Assembly: GCA_030141605.1 (NCBI GenBank)
Contig: JAQGDQ010000471.1
Coordinates: 62,001-126,000 of the forward strand
Direction: 5' to 3'
Length of the DNA stretch: 64,000 bases
From: Tubiluchus corallicola
Taxonomy: Eukaryota > Animalia > Priapulida
Part shown: in pieces, positions 1-11,130 of the stretch
Layout of the letters: every line of letters starts with the position of its first letter
Numbering within the stretch: the first letter of the stretch is position 1
The notes under the pieces: generated by a model
What the model was told of the DNA's origin: nothing
Database searches by the model: none
Seen by the model: the letters and a program-made list of their open reading frames with translations, nothing else
Translations under genes and position numbers: made by a program

Positions 1-557
1 GATGATGACAATGGTGATGACTTCCACAGTTTTATAATCGTTGAATGACCTTACAGGCCTCTGTTCCATTTGCATTATATAGTATTAATGTTCTAGCAAA
101 GTTTTTTGGAGACAGAAAATATTAAGTATGATATTTAAATAAATAAGTAAACGCATTCGTGTTCAAAGTTCAGAAGTACTGTCGGTCTTATAATTGTAGT
201 TATGGTTTTCTTTTGTTTCGTTTCGAGAGGCCACTTTACGATGTTTTAACTCCAATACATGACATTGATGACGATTTTCACGGGCTGCGCTAGATCACAT
301 CTTTATAATCACATTTCTGATCAGTGCCCTAGAGTAAGGTACATCTAATTTGTAAACAAATGGCGTGATTGTATTTAAATGCACTGAGTGAACGTAACTG
401 AAACTAAACCTGCGGATATAATCAAATAAAGGATCACAACGTTTGCATATGTTTGATTATCTGTGTAAACACATGATCATGAATACATACGTATGATCAA
501 CCAGAAACTCATAAATATACATAAATTAGTACCTTTATCGTTTATCGTTTTACAGAT

Positions 558-988
558 ATATTATATTATATTATATTATATTATATTATATTATATTATA
601 TTATATTATATTATATTATATTATATTATATTATATTATATTATATTATATTATATTATATTATATTATATTATATTATATTATATTATATTATATTATA
701 TTACATTACATTACATTACATTACATTACATTACATTACATTACATTACATTACATTACATTACATTATATTATATTATATTATACGATTCGATATGATA
801 TTACAGTACACTACACTACATTACACTACACTGCACTGCACTACACTACACTACACTACACTGCACTGCACTGCACTGCACTGCACTGCACTGCACTGCA
901 CTGCACTGCACTGCACTGCACTACACTACACTACACTACACTACACTACACTACACTACACTACACTACACTACACTACACTACATTA
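558..988. repeat. Compound pentanucleotide microsatellite (ATATT)n/(ACATT)n/(ACACT)n/(GCACT)n
   Basis: Visible 5-bp periodicity with stepwise unit changes; explains the low-complexity ORFs 493-798 and 795-1019. Confidence 0.97.
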
Positions 989-2859
989 TAGTGCAGAAAT
1001 CAAATACTTTCAACCCTAACTGGAGTTTCATTGAAATCGTGATAAGAATTTTTTTAGTATGACGCGCTTTGAAGCCGTGAATCTAGTCTCTTCTGGTTTG
1101 AGAGCGAACCGGTGTGCTGTTATAATTAGCTGAATTAGTTCCCCTATTTATTTATTTCATTAAGTTTTGTTTACATCGTTCCATTGGAGAAAAAGTTAAC
1201 ATCCGATCAGGATCTATTCTGTACTTGCGGTATGATGCTGACGAGTCATAAATCCACTTTTTTATACAGTATTTTGTCCCGTTCAAGTCGTCCGGCATCC
1301 GAAGGAGGTCCGTTTTGTGCAATGAAATATCAAGGATTAATTAGTTTAATTGGTTAGTTTAGCGCATAATAAAGTTTGGCGACTCAACAGTATATAGTAC
1401 TGTGATAATTTTTTACACGTGTACCTTGCAACAGAACAAGGCAAAATCATTCTCTGAAGCCTTTCATATGTCAAACTGCAAAGGTATCATTAGGTCAATT
1501 TTTCTGAAATCGAGTTGTACTAATTTGGAACTCGTTGCCTGCATGATATTGATTACGTACCTCGCAAGTCAAGTTATTTAAAAACCGTTTAAATACATTT
1601 CTTGTGCAAAATAGACACATACAAGCAGTGTGTATGTGTGTCTTCTGTCTTTATCAAACACTGGTGATAGAGACACATTTCTTTGTGTCTCTATCAAACA
1701 CTGGTGATATATTGTACCACCAGGTATCTGTATCAAACACTAGTATACATAGTATTTGTATGCATTTTGCCAACATGTTTTATGTTTATTGTTTTTGTTA
1801 TTGGGTTTGAATAAACTGAATAAGTAAATTTATTTTAGTGGTGAATTTACGCGAGCTTGTCAAGAGTTTCGCGCCTTATGTTGGGCAGATTGTTGACCAA
1901 TGACCAATACAGGTATACGAACAGACAGTCTACACGTACTTGCTGCAGTATTAAGAGAAGTGTATATGACTTTCAATTTTTCGTTACAAAAATTTTGCCT
2001 TCGATGAATCTCCATCCACACTGATTTATGCTTGGAGTGAAACGGCGAGTTTTAATAATTTTTTTTCAGGTGGATTGTTGCCTACACATACACGTACAAC
2101 ACAGACAGGATGCGCAAATTTTTTCGAAGGAAAGAGAAGAAAAAGGGGAATTTTGACAGTCAACCAGGGGACGAGGTAATCAAAAATGAACTATACAGGA
2201 AGTCAAATAATTATTTATACTTTTAATCGCAAGATCATTGATTAATGATGGGAAAACTTGTAAAAAACTTGAACTCACATTTGCCTGAAAGAAACGAAAT
2301 GTGATAAGGTCAGACCCAGTCAGGATTTGAACTAGGGACCTTATTTTAATATTCCAACTTCAACTTAACAGTTTCAAATCAGTTTTAAGTTTGACTATCC
2401 ATATTTTGCTGGATAGATAATCTTGACACTAAATAAATTAAGCTTAAATAATTCGTCCGCACTGCAGTGTATTACGAACTTGCTTTTAAGATATATGACT
2501 ACTACAATAGAATAGAATGAATATTACTTAGGTAAACATAGGTAAAATATATTTATCAAAACAGAATTTTGAGGAAGCAGCACGTTTAAGGAAGTCTATG
2601 TACCAGAATTTAGACCTCATTTGAAGGGCCTTCAAAATATGCTTTAAATACAGGAAAATGCGTTGGTGGACTCCGTCAAATTTTTTAATCTCTGGCGGCG
2701 CCCATGTTCTAAGATATGAATCTATAATCATTTTTGCATATAAAAAAGAAAACTTAAATCACCCCAACCTACGTAAATTAAAAGAAAGAAATGGATATTT
2801 ACCAGCAAGGGGATTCATAATCTGCATAATCTATGCAGTAGAGACTATAACAAAAAGCA

Positions 2860-4790
2860 ATGGTACATCGAGGTATCAAGGGTCCAGCCATCCAGTATAA
2901 GCGCGTAGGAACCATAACTGCAGAGAAACTGCCAGTAATCCCATTAGGCATTCTCATCCAATTCAATTTCGTTATCTTCTGGACGCCTGCACTCTGGCAG
3001 TTCCACTAGCACCTGGTATGGACAGTGTATCTGATCAAGACGTCATACGTGACGAAATTTCACATCTACTTCTAATACTGGCGAAAGAACCGTCTTAATT
3101 TCCTCAAAATCACCCAGACCACCAGAACAGAAGCGCGAAGTTTTACCTGTGCGTAACCTTGCAGTCGTTTAGTGAAAGACTGCTATCAAAATTGGAAGGG
3201 GAGAGGTATAGTAGGAAAGGCAAGAGCCCAAACCCATCACATGATAAAAGGGAACACAGAATTTACTACCATCTAAAAAACTAAAATAAATGTTGTATAA
3301 AATGAACTGCACTATAATTTCAAGGTCGAGGACGACTCTGACGTCACAATGAACCACAAAGACGATGTCTGAGGGCTTTTTGTCAACATTGTGCAATGCA
3401 TGATCGCAGACCACAATAGCACTCTAAAGCTGTCTTATATCACCATAATGAGTGAGCTAATCTACTAAATGTAGCAAACCAATCTCTTTGGTTGGCAGCT
3501 GCATCCACTCTTCTTCTAGGTTGATTATCTCAAGCAGTCCTGTAGATGGCATCCTAGATGGTTAAACACAAGGAATTAATATCATCACAGCCAGCTCCAT
3601 TATGCTGAAACTGAGAAACCAGTTTGCTACGTTCTGCCGACGATAACAACTATTCACTGAAACGCTCAACATTTTAGTTTGAGGTTTTCACTGGATTAGC
3701 TCGTGTAACACGTATTCTTGGTTGGTAAAACATGACAATAGCCACCTGAGCTACTCGTGACAGTAGCAGCAAATCATAAAGGTATGGTTAAACTAGCAAT
3801 GATAGTGATGCATGATCTGAAAGTACCGTATTTTCCCATGTATAAGAGACCCTTTTTTGCTCAGAATTTTCACTTTAAAAATAGGGGGTCTCTTATACAC
3901 GGGAGTAAGCCAACTCTTGGAGAAGTCTGCAGCTGGGTCCTCAAGGCATGGAATGGTGTAAAGCCAGAGGTCATTATTAAATCTTTCAAGAAGTGTGGCA
4001 TCTCCAATGCCATGGACGGCACAGAGGACAATGCCATTTTTGAGCAGAGTGACTCCTCTGATGATGAACTGGCTGGAATTGCTGAAGGTCTGACTCCAGT
4101 TCATATTTTTGATGAGAGTGATGAGGAATTTAATGATTTCTATGATGAATAAAGTTATTCATTACCAAAAAAACTTTTTTCCAGAATTTTTGCCTAAAAA
4201 TTGAAGAGGTCTCTTATACACAAGGGTCTCTTATACATGGGAAAATACGGTAATTGTTGCATGACCACGGAAGCCAAAGGTGCAACATGACCGGGCAAGA
4301 TCCAAAATCCAACCGGCACTCCTACAAAATGACAAAGCCAGAACCGAAAATGATTAAGAACACTATACCACAATCCTTGATTACTCATCTAAGCAAAAAC
4401 CTGCTTAGTAAGATATATCATTTACCAACATTGTTGTGGAAATCACTAATCAGCGACGAACCAGGCACTGTTCGACACATTCGGCTGCAGACAGGCTAAC
4501 GGCTTGAAGTTTTGCAAAACATAATTTATCAAATTAATTTTTTGGAATCACCAGGAGCATGCAGCACCTTCCTACAAGAGTCGAAGACTAGTTCCTGAAT
4601 CTCATTCCTAACTGACTAGGAAATGTGTTGTCCAGGTGTATAACACCAAAACTTGCATTCCTCTCTGATGAACAATGATACTACTCCACGATAACTAGCA
4701 TTAGCAATAAGAATCTCTGACTAAGAAATTTAAAACCGGGAATAGCCACAATTTGTGGTTAGCCACACCCTGGTGGTGGTGATAAAAGCC
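2860..4790 (-). mobile_element. Highly degenerate LINE remnant (APE endonuclease and linker), interrupted by a pogo element
   Basis: Minus-strand fragments in expected APE order: IPGF..RGVVSLFIREE, LISDFHNNVG (GDFN-like), LSDHASLSL (SDH motif, next to the pogo insertion), then DAIYRTA..RDWF. Many stops; boundaries approximate. Confidence 0.5.
3826..4250 (+). mobile_element. Internally deleted pogo/Tigger-type (Tc1/mariner) DNA transposon
   Basis: Perfect ~27-bp TIRs (ccgtattttcccatgtataagagaccc / reverse complement) flanked by TA; internal pogo transposase C-terminus KPTLGEVCSWVLKAWNGVKPEVIIKSFKKCGISNAMDGTED plus acidic tail. Confidence 0.93.
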
Positions 4791-4974
4791 CGCTGAACAA
4801 TTTTAGCTAATTTATTATTTTTTCTTTCAGGCACCTAAAACCGACCAACAAAGCAGTTACGATGACAATCCAGTTTAAGTGTGAAAGTATTCTGAATGAA
4901 AGTAGAAAGAATTCTGTGCATATAAAGTTTTCTCTTCAGACGTCATAGACAGCTTAATGCTGTCCATGTTGTTG

Positions 4975-5104
4975 GGAAGAAGTTTACAATTTCCCGCACA
5001 GTTTAAATACCCTAACCTTAAACCTAATTCTAACCCTAACCCTAACCCAAACACAACCGATTCTTGAACTAATTTTTTTGTACGGGGAATTGCAAACTTT
5101 TGCC
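4975..5104. mobile_element. Small MITE with imperfect TIRs and an internal (CCTAAC)n-like tract
   Basis: aagtttacaatttcccgcaca pairs with tgtacggggaattgcaaactt (3 mismatches); flanks tgttgttg/tgttattg resemble an 8-bp TSD with one mismatch. Confidence 0.65.
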
Positions 5105-7422
5105 TGTTATTGTAACATTGTCACAGTATTGTGCACATGAGACTGTGCAAAATTTCGTTATTGTTGTGGACCCACTTAGTACTGTCAAACAGGTTGTTAA
5201 ACTGTGAGATTTTAACCAAACGATAACCAACAAAATAAATACGAGAATTTGCGTGCTCCACCATTCTTGATGAATAGCAACTGGACGTTACTATGTTACT
5301 GGATGTTAGCTAAGTCTATAAGTGACATTTGTAAGACAGCATGATTTATTGGACAAATGCATGTTATCCAATAATATTGACAAATTTTCATAGCTTGTAA
5401 AGCCTTGGTGCCTTTCTTTTTTATAAGCACTACAGCTTTATTTTAAATCCTATTACATTTTAATCGTATATGAAGTGATTATATGCAGCAACAAGTTGTG
5501 AATTTATTTTGAAATAAGGAATTAATTAGAAAATTAATTGATAAGAATTTGGAACTAGATTAATCATAACAGATTAGATAACAAAGTTTATGCGGTATCA
5601 CCATAAGACTCACTCAGCTTGTATCTTGAATTTAATGAGTTAAAGTATCAGAGGTTGATAAATTGTAAAATATTGAAATGTTAAACAAGCGCAGAGTAGC
5701 ATAAATGAACTCTACTGTCATTAGCCCAGATAGTTCGAAACACGGTGGTACGGAAAGAAGCAATTTCCTAGTTCGACTGACCGCTGGTCAGAAAGCTTAT
5801 TGTTCAAAATAGGTGATTGTCACCAATTGATAATTAGCCCAGTGTCTCGGGCTATCCTCTGAGCTCTGAGACAATAAGTCGCTGTCCTCAGTGACACCGG
5901 GTACCATCAGAATCACAGGGTACCATCTTTGGATGAGCAGCCAAGGAGCTCTGTAACGTGTCACTGACAAAATGTCAAGTGAAGTGACCATCGATTCGAA
6001 AACGTATGTACAAGCTCTGTGAAGAGAGTGGTTGTTGGAATTGCGAGGAGAGCAGAGCTGTCGGGAACTACGAGGCGACCTTTGGAAAGGAGTCACTGTC
6101 TTCCTAGCTCAGCGTGGAAGAATTCTGCGTGGTTTGTAAAGCAAACCTCTGATGCTAAGAGTCTCGTTTGGGAGTCTGGATCTGGCCAATTACAGTTGTT
6201 AGATTGGCCAGGCCACAAGTTAAGTGACTTTACTATCATTTCTTTATTACTGTAACGGCGATACTAGTTTGTAATAATCTGTAACTTAAGCACCATAAGT
6301 GCGAGCATAGCAATTTGATACTTAATTGTTAATCGGAATATCATTCTGAATATACCGCTTCTAGTTGTAAGCGCCTACAAACGCATAAGTTAAATATTTG
6401 TTAAAGTGACATCTTAGTCTTGATTAATCTTTGGAACTTGTTATAATAAAACTTTTATCACTATAAATGATTGTTGAATTGCTTTGCTATTCAAGAAGTA
6501 ACTAAAGAACATTCTCGTTAAAGACAATATCTGCTTAAACGAACCTGGTATATTCACACTGAAAGGCTTATTGTGGAAACCAGCTTGATAACTCGAGATA
6601 TAAAGACATATTCTCACAACGCATATTTCGTGGTTTAGGTCATGTGGGAAATCATCATAGCCCTATCTATCTGACCTAAGCTCTCGGAGTCGGGTAGTTA
6701 ATCAGTTACACAATTAATTGTCTTTAAGCGTGTGGATGAATCAATCAATGGTAATTAATAAGTTGTTTGCGAAAAAGGCGGACAACAAAATGATACAACG
6801 CAAATTACTTTCCGAAAGCGATTGCTTCTAAACACGCACGCACTCGCACACCCACATGCACCCATACACACGCATAGAGAGAGAGAGAGACGAACAAACA
6901 GGCAGACACACAGACGAATAAATAGAAAGACACACAGTGAATATGTGTTTTTTCAAAGAGCCAGATCCCCACAGGTAGTTTGGCAGATAAAACCGTCGGG
7001 CAAAGTATTGAATACGGCTGTCACCTATCCGCTTACTGGTGAGATTCTGTGCTTCTTAACTTTACTCACAGTGCAACCACTTAGCTTTTTACTTCGCTCC
7101 ACTTTTTCCGGAAACGTTTTCCAGTCGCGAAGTTGAAAAGACATTATCAGTGAAGATGCACGAATCTTTGACATTCTAGATTTTTATTGCTGACTTGCTA
7201 AAGTTATTTGCCGAAAGTGTTAAATTCGTGTGTATAAGCTGAGACAGACGTTTGCTGTGTAAGTAAAAGGGAAGGTGAAATCAACTCTAAACAGACATGG
7301 CCTTCTCTTTTCCATTTTATTGCTGCAGAAGCCTGACAAATCTTGATAGCTAGCACAAATAATTAACTGACGCAAGTTAAATAGAAATATTGAAACATTT
7401 TTTACAGTGGAAACATTGTAAA

Positions 7423-7770
7423 TGGTGATGACAATGACAGTGATGATGATGGTGACGCTGACAGCAATGACGATGACGAGGTTGTGACGAAGATGACGGC
7501 AAAAGTGACGATGACAATGATGATGGTGATTATGACGACGACGACAACGATGATGATGACGGTGACGATGACGACGACGATGATGATGACAATGATGATG
7601 ATGAGGATAACGATGACGACCACGACGGTGATAATGATGATGATGATGATAATGATGATGACGATGCTGGCAGTGACGACGACGATGACTGTGATAATGA
7701 TGATGATGATGATGATGTGATGATGATGATGAATATGGTGATTGTGATGATGAAGATGATGATGATGAAC
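7423..7770. repeat. Degenerate (GAT/GAC)n trinucleotide repeat
   Basis: Visible; generates poly-M/T/I/S/H artefact ORFs. Confidence 0.95.
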
Positions 7771-8880
7771 CTCATTTTTACTAAATTTATGCGACCCTAC
7801 TGCTACAAATTTTCTCAAAGAAAGAGAATTAGAATTTAGAAAATGTCAGTTTTTCTAAACTGCTTGTATACAAATTTTAATGTAAATATGATTTTAGTTT
7901 TATGCTTACACTGGATGTAACATTTTAGGAATAAAGAATAATAATAATTACTAATAATAATAAATAACGAATTTTCTTAAAAGCCTATATTTGACAAATG
8001 TCACGCGAATTAACCGCCAGATTTTCTCAAATTTTCAATGAAAGAACAGATTCTGTTGAACATGTAATTAATTAGAGTCTATAACGTCGTTTAAACCGTG
8101 TGTGAAATCAGCATCCAATTTTGATACGTTTTGATGTTGGCGTCTGGCTCAGTCGTGAAGAATTGGCCATGAATTAGGATGTTAATTCTGCACCGTTGCA
8201 TAGAAAAGTTTATCGCCTTTTTTGTTGAGGGCCAATTTATTATAAACTCTATCAACTTTGTGTCATACCTCATCAACTCAATCATAATTTATCATTAAAG
8301 GAAAACCGGACCCAATCTTAAACTGTAGGTCAAAACAATCTAATCTTTAAAATCTTGAAAGTAAACATACTATTTTTTCAAAAATGACTTACGTGAAATA
8401 ATTATTAACACACAAACACAATTTCGCATTCGAGCCACTAGTTCTTCACCGTTACATGCATTTCGCCATTCGCTAGTTAGAGAGGCACTAGAGCCTGTAG
8501 TTTGGAAACGCATTGCACAAAAAACAGGTGCTGTACCTCTCAGTTTGGATGTGTTAGTATGTGACGAACTGTACACGTAGCTCATGCGTGAGCACAGAGG
8601 TAAATTTGAAATTTGAATTTTCATCTTAAAGCTTGCCTAGTTTTAGTACAACACACTGAATATCTTACAGTAGCACAGTACTTCAATTTTCACTTTCCCA
8701 AACACGGACAACACGTTCGTGAAATATTTTTGCTGTTGAAAATTATGTTAGTTTGTGATGTTACGAATAGTTGGCCTCGCCCGCCGTTAATTAAGACTTT
8801 AATCTATTATTTAATTATCAGAAACGCTTTTGCAATATTAGTTGTGTTAAAAAGTATACTTTTTATCAGACTTTATCGGA

Positions 8881-10135
8881 AGTTTGAGTGATAACAGTAA
8901 AATAAACACAACATGCTAAGTGACTTGTTCTTTCTTTTAGCACACCACAAACAGTTTAAGTGATAACAGTAAAATAAATACAACATGCTAAGTGATTTGT
9001 TTTTTCCTTTAGCACACCACAAACAGTTTAAGTGAAAACAGTAAAATAAACACAACATGCTAAGTGATTTGTTTTTTCCTTTAACACACCACAAACAGTT
9101 TAAGTGATAGCAGTAAAATAAACCCAACATACTGCTTGACTTGTTCTTTCCTTTAACACACCACAAACAGTTTAAGTGATAGCAGCAAAATAAACCCAAC
9201 ACGCTGACTGACTTGTTCTTTCCATTAGCATACCACAAACAGTTTAAGCGATAATAGTAAAATAAACACAACATACTAAGTGACTTGTTTTTTCCTTTAG
9301 CACACCACAAACAGTTTAAGTGATAGCAGCAAAATAAACCCAACATGCTGAGTGACTTGTTTTTTCCTTTAGCACACCACATACAGTCTAAGTGATAACA
9401 GTAAAATAAACACAACATGCTAAGTGAGTTGTTCTTTCCTTTAGCACACCACAAACAGTTTAAGTGATAACAGTAAAATAAACACAACATGCTCAGTGAC
9501 TTGTTTTTTCCTTTAACACACCACAAACAGTTTAAGTGATAACAGTAAAATAAACACAACATGCTAAGTGACTTGTTTTTTCCTTTAGCACACCACAAAC
9601 AGTTTAAGTGATAACAGTAAAATAAACACAACACGCTAAGTGACTTGTTCTTCCCTTTAGCACACCACAAACAGTTTAAGTGATAACAGTAAAATAAACA
9701 CAACACGCTAAGTGACTTGTTCTTCCCTTTAGCACACCACAAACAATTTAAGTGAAAACAGTAAAATAAACCCAACATGCTGAGTGACTTGTTTTTTCCT
9801 TTAGCACACCACAAACAGTTTAAGTGATAACAGTAAAATAAACACAACATGCTAAGTGACTTGTTTTTTCCTTTAGCACACCACAAACAGTTTAAGTGAT
9901 AACAGTAAAATAAACACAACACGCTAAGTGACTTGTTCTTCCCTTTAGCACACCACAAACAGTTTAAGTGATAACAGTAAAATAAACACAACATGCTAAG
10001 TGACTTGTTTTTTTCTTTAGCACACCACAAACAGTTTAAGTGATAACAGTAAAATAAAGCCAACATGCTAAGTGACTTGTTTTTTCTTTTAGCACACCAC
10101 AAACAGTTTAAGTGAAAACAGTAATATAAACACAG
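8881..10135. repeat. 72-bp minisatellite, ~17 copies
   Basis: Unit agtttaagtgataacagtaaaataaacacaacatgctaagtgacttgttttttcctttagcacaccacaaac repeated with substitutions only; gives the 24-aa periodic ORF 8873-10273(-). Confidence 0.97.
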
Positions 10136-10654
10136 CTGTTTTTTCAGGATCGTTTGAAGGACCAACGTGTGGGCCTCGATGCAAAGGCAGCCGAAATAGC
10201 TGACATTGCAGGAAAAGTTGTTGGCGATGTTTTGTTTTGTTAGAGGGTCTGGGAAAAGCAGTACCTTGGGCAAAACCTATCACTGTAGTTATAAAGGTAA
10301 ACAAGCGTGGAGAAAATTTAATAAGAGTTAAAAGGCTGTGAGGTAAACTGTATGGTGAAAATTGTCGGCGCATTAGTGCAAAAAACAATAGCTGAATTCG
10401 AATACGTTGGGGGAATGAAAGCAGAAAGGGTCTTACGAACAGTTATGGTGGATAATACAAAATAACTAACTTGTCACCTTTAGAAATAAGCGTTTTTACG
10501 GTTTCGTTGTGCGCACGCGCAATTGCTGTAGGTCATACCACAGCAACGCGTCCTAACAACCGTCACGTGACATGTGTGTAAAGCAAAGGCGTCTTGGGCA
10601 CCAGTTCAGTAACTTGTGCTACGTGGATTTTACTTAATTATTCCTTCATTTTTC

Positions 10655-10980
10655 ACTCATTCGATTGTTCGTTCGTTTATTCACTCATTCATTCATTCAT
10701 TTATTTACTACTTGATTTATTCAACCATTCATTTATTTATTCATTCATTCATTCATTCATTCATTCATTTATTCATTCATTCATTCATTCATTCATTCAT
10801 TTATTCATTCATTCATTCAATCATTTATTCATTCATTCATTCATTCATTCATTTATCCATTCATTCATTCATTCATTCATTCATTCATTCATTCATTCAT
10901 TCATTCAATCATTTATTCATTCATTCATTTATTCGTCCATTCATCGATTCGTTTGTTCCTTCATTCATTCACTTCATTAT
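10655..10980. repeat. (CATT)n tetranucleotide microsatellite
   Basis: Directly visible. Confidence 0.95.
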
Positions 10981-11130
10981 TTAACTTTAATTTGTTAGAT
11001 ATTATACGTAGATGTTCACATTAATTATTAGTTAATTAATTTATTAAATAAATAAATACCTAAGCCATGTTACTACGATTGACACACAAGTATAGAAAAA
11101 CAACTAAATCACAGAATTTTTTCTTTTTAG

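Larger units (their letters stand above)
1435..4878 (+). pseudogene. 3' exons of an unidentified gene (1435-1483, 1839-1912, 2070-2175, 4831-4878), apparently broken by a 7-bp duplication
   Basis: AG/GT-bounded segments. Removing the tandem duplication tgaccaa (~1894-1907) makes phases join into NKAKSFSEAFHMSNCKVVNLRELVKSFAPYVGQIVDQYRWIVAYTYTYNTDRMRKFFRRKEKKKGNFDSQPGDEAPKTDQQSSYDDNPV*. No family recognised. Some of these could instead be 5' exons of the NACHT-WD40 gene (ATG at 2110). Confidence 0.45.

Noticed and set aside
5664-6710. Possible solo LTR (tgt...gttaca, GC-richer interior)
   Set aside because: No partner LTR, no clean TSD (aaat/caat), and no PBS or PPT identified.
8881-10135. 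CRISPR-like array
   Set aside because: Units are contiguous with no unique spacers, there are no cas genes, and the context is eukaryotic.
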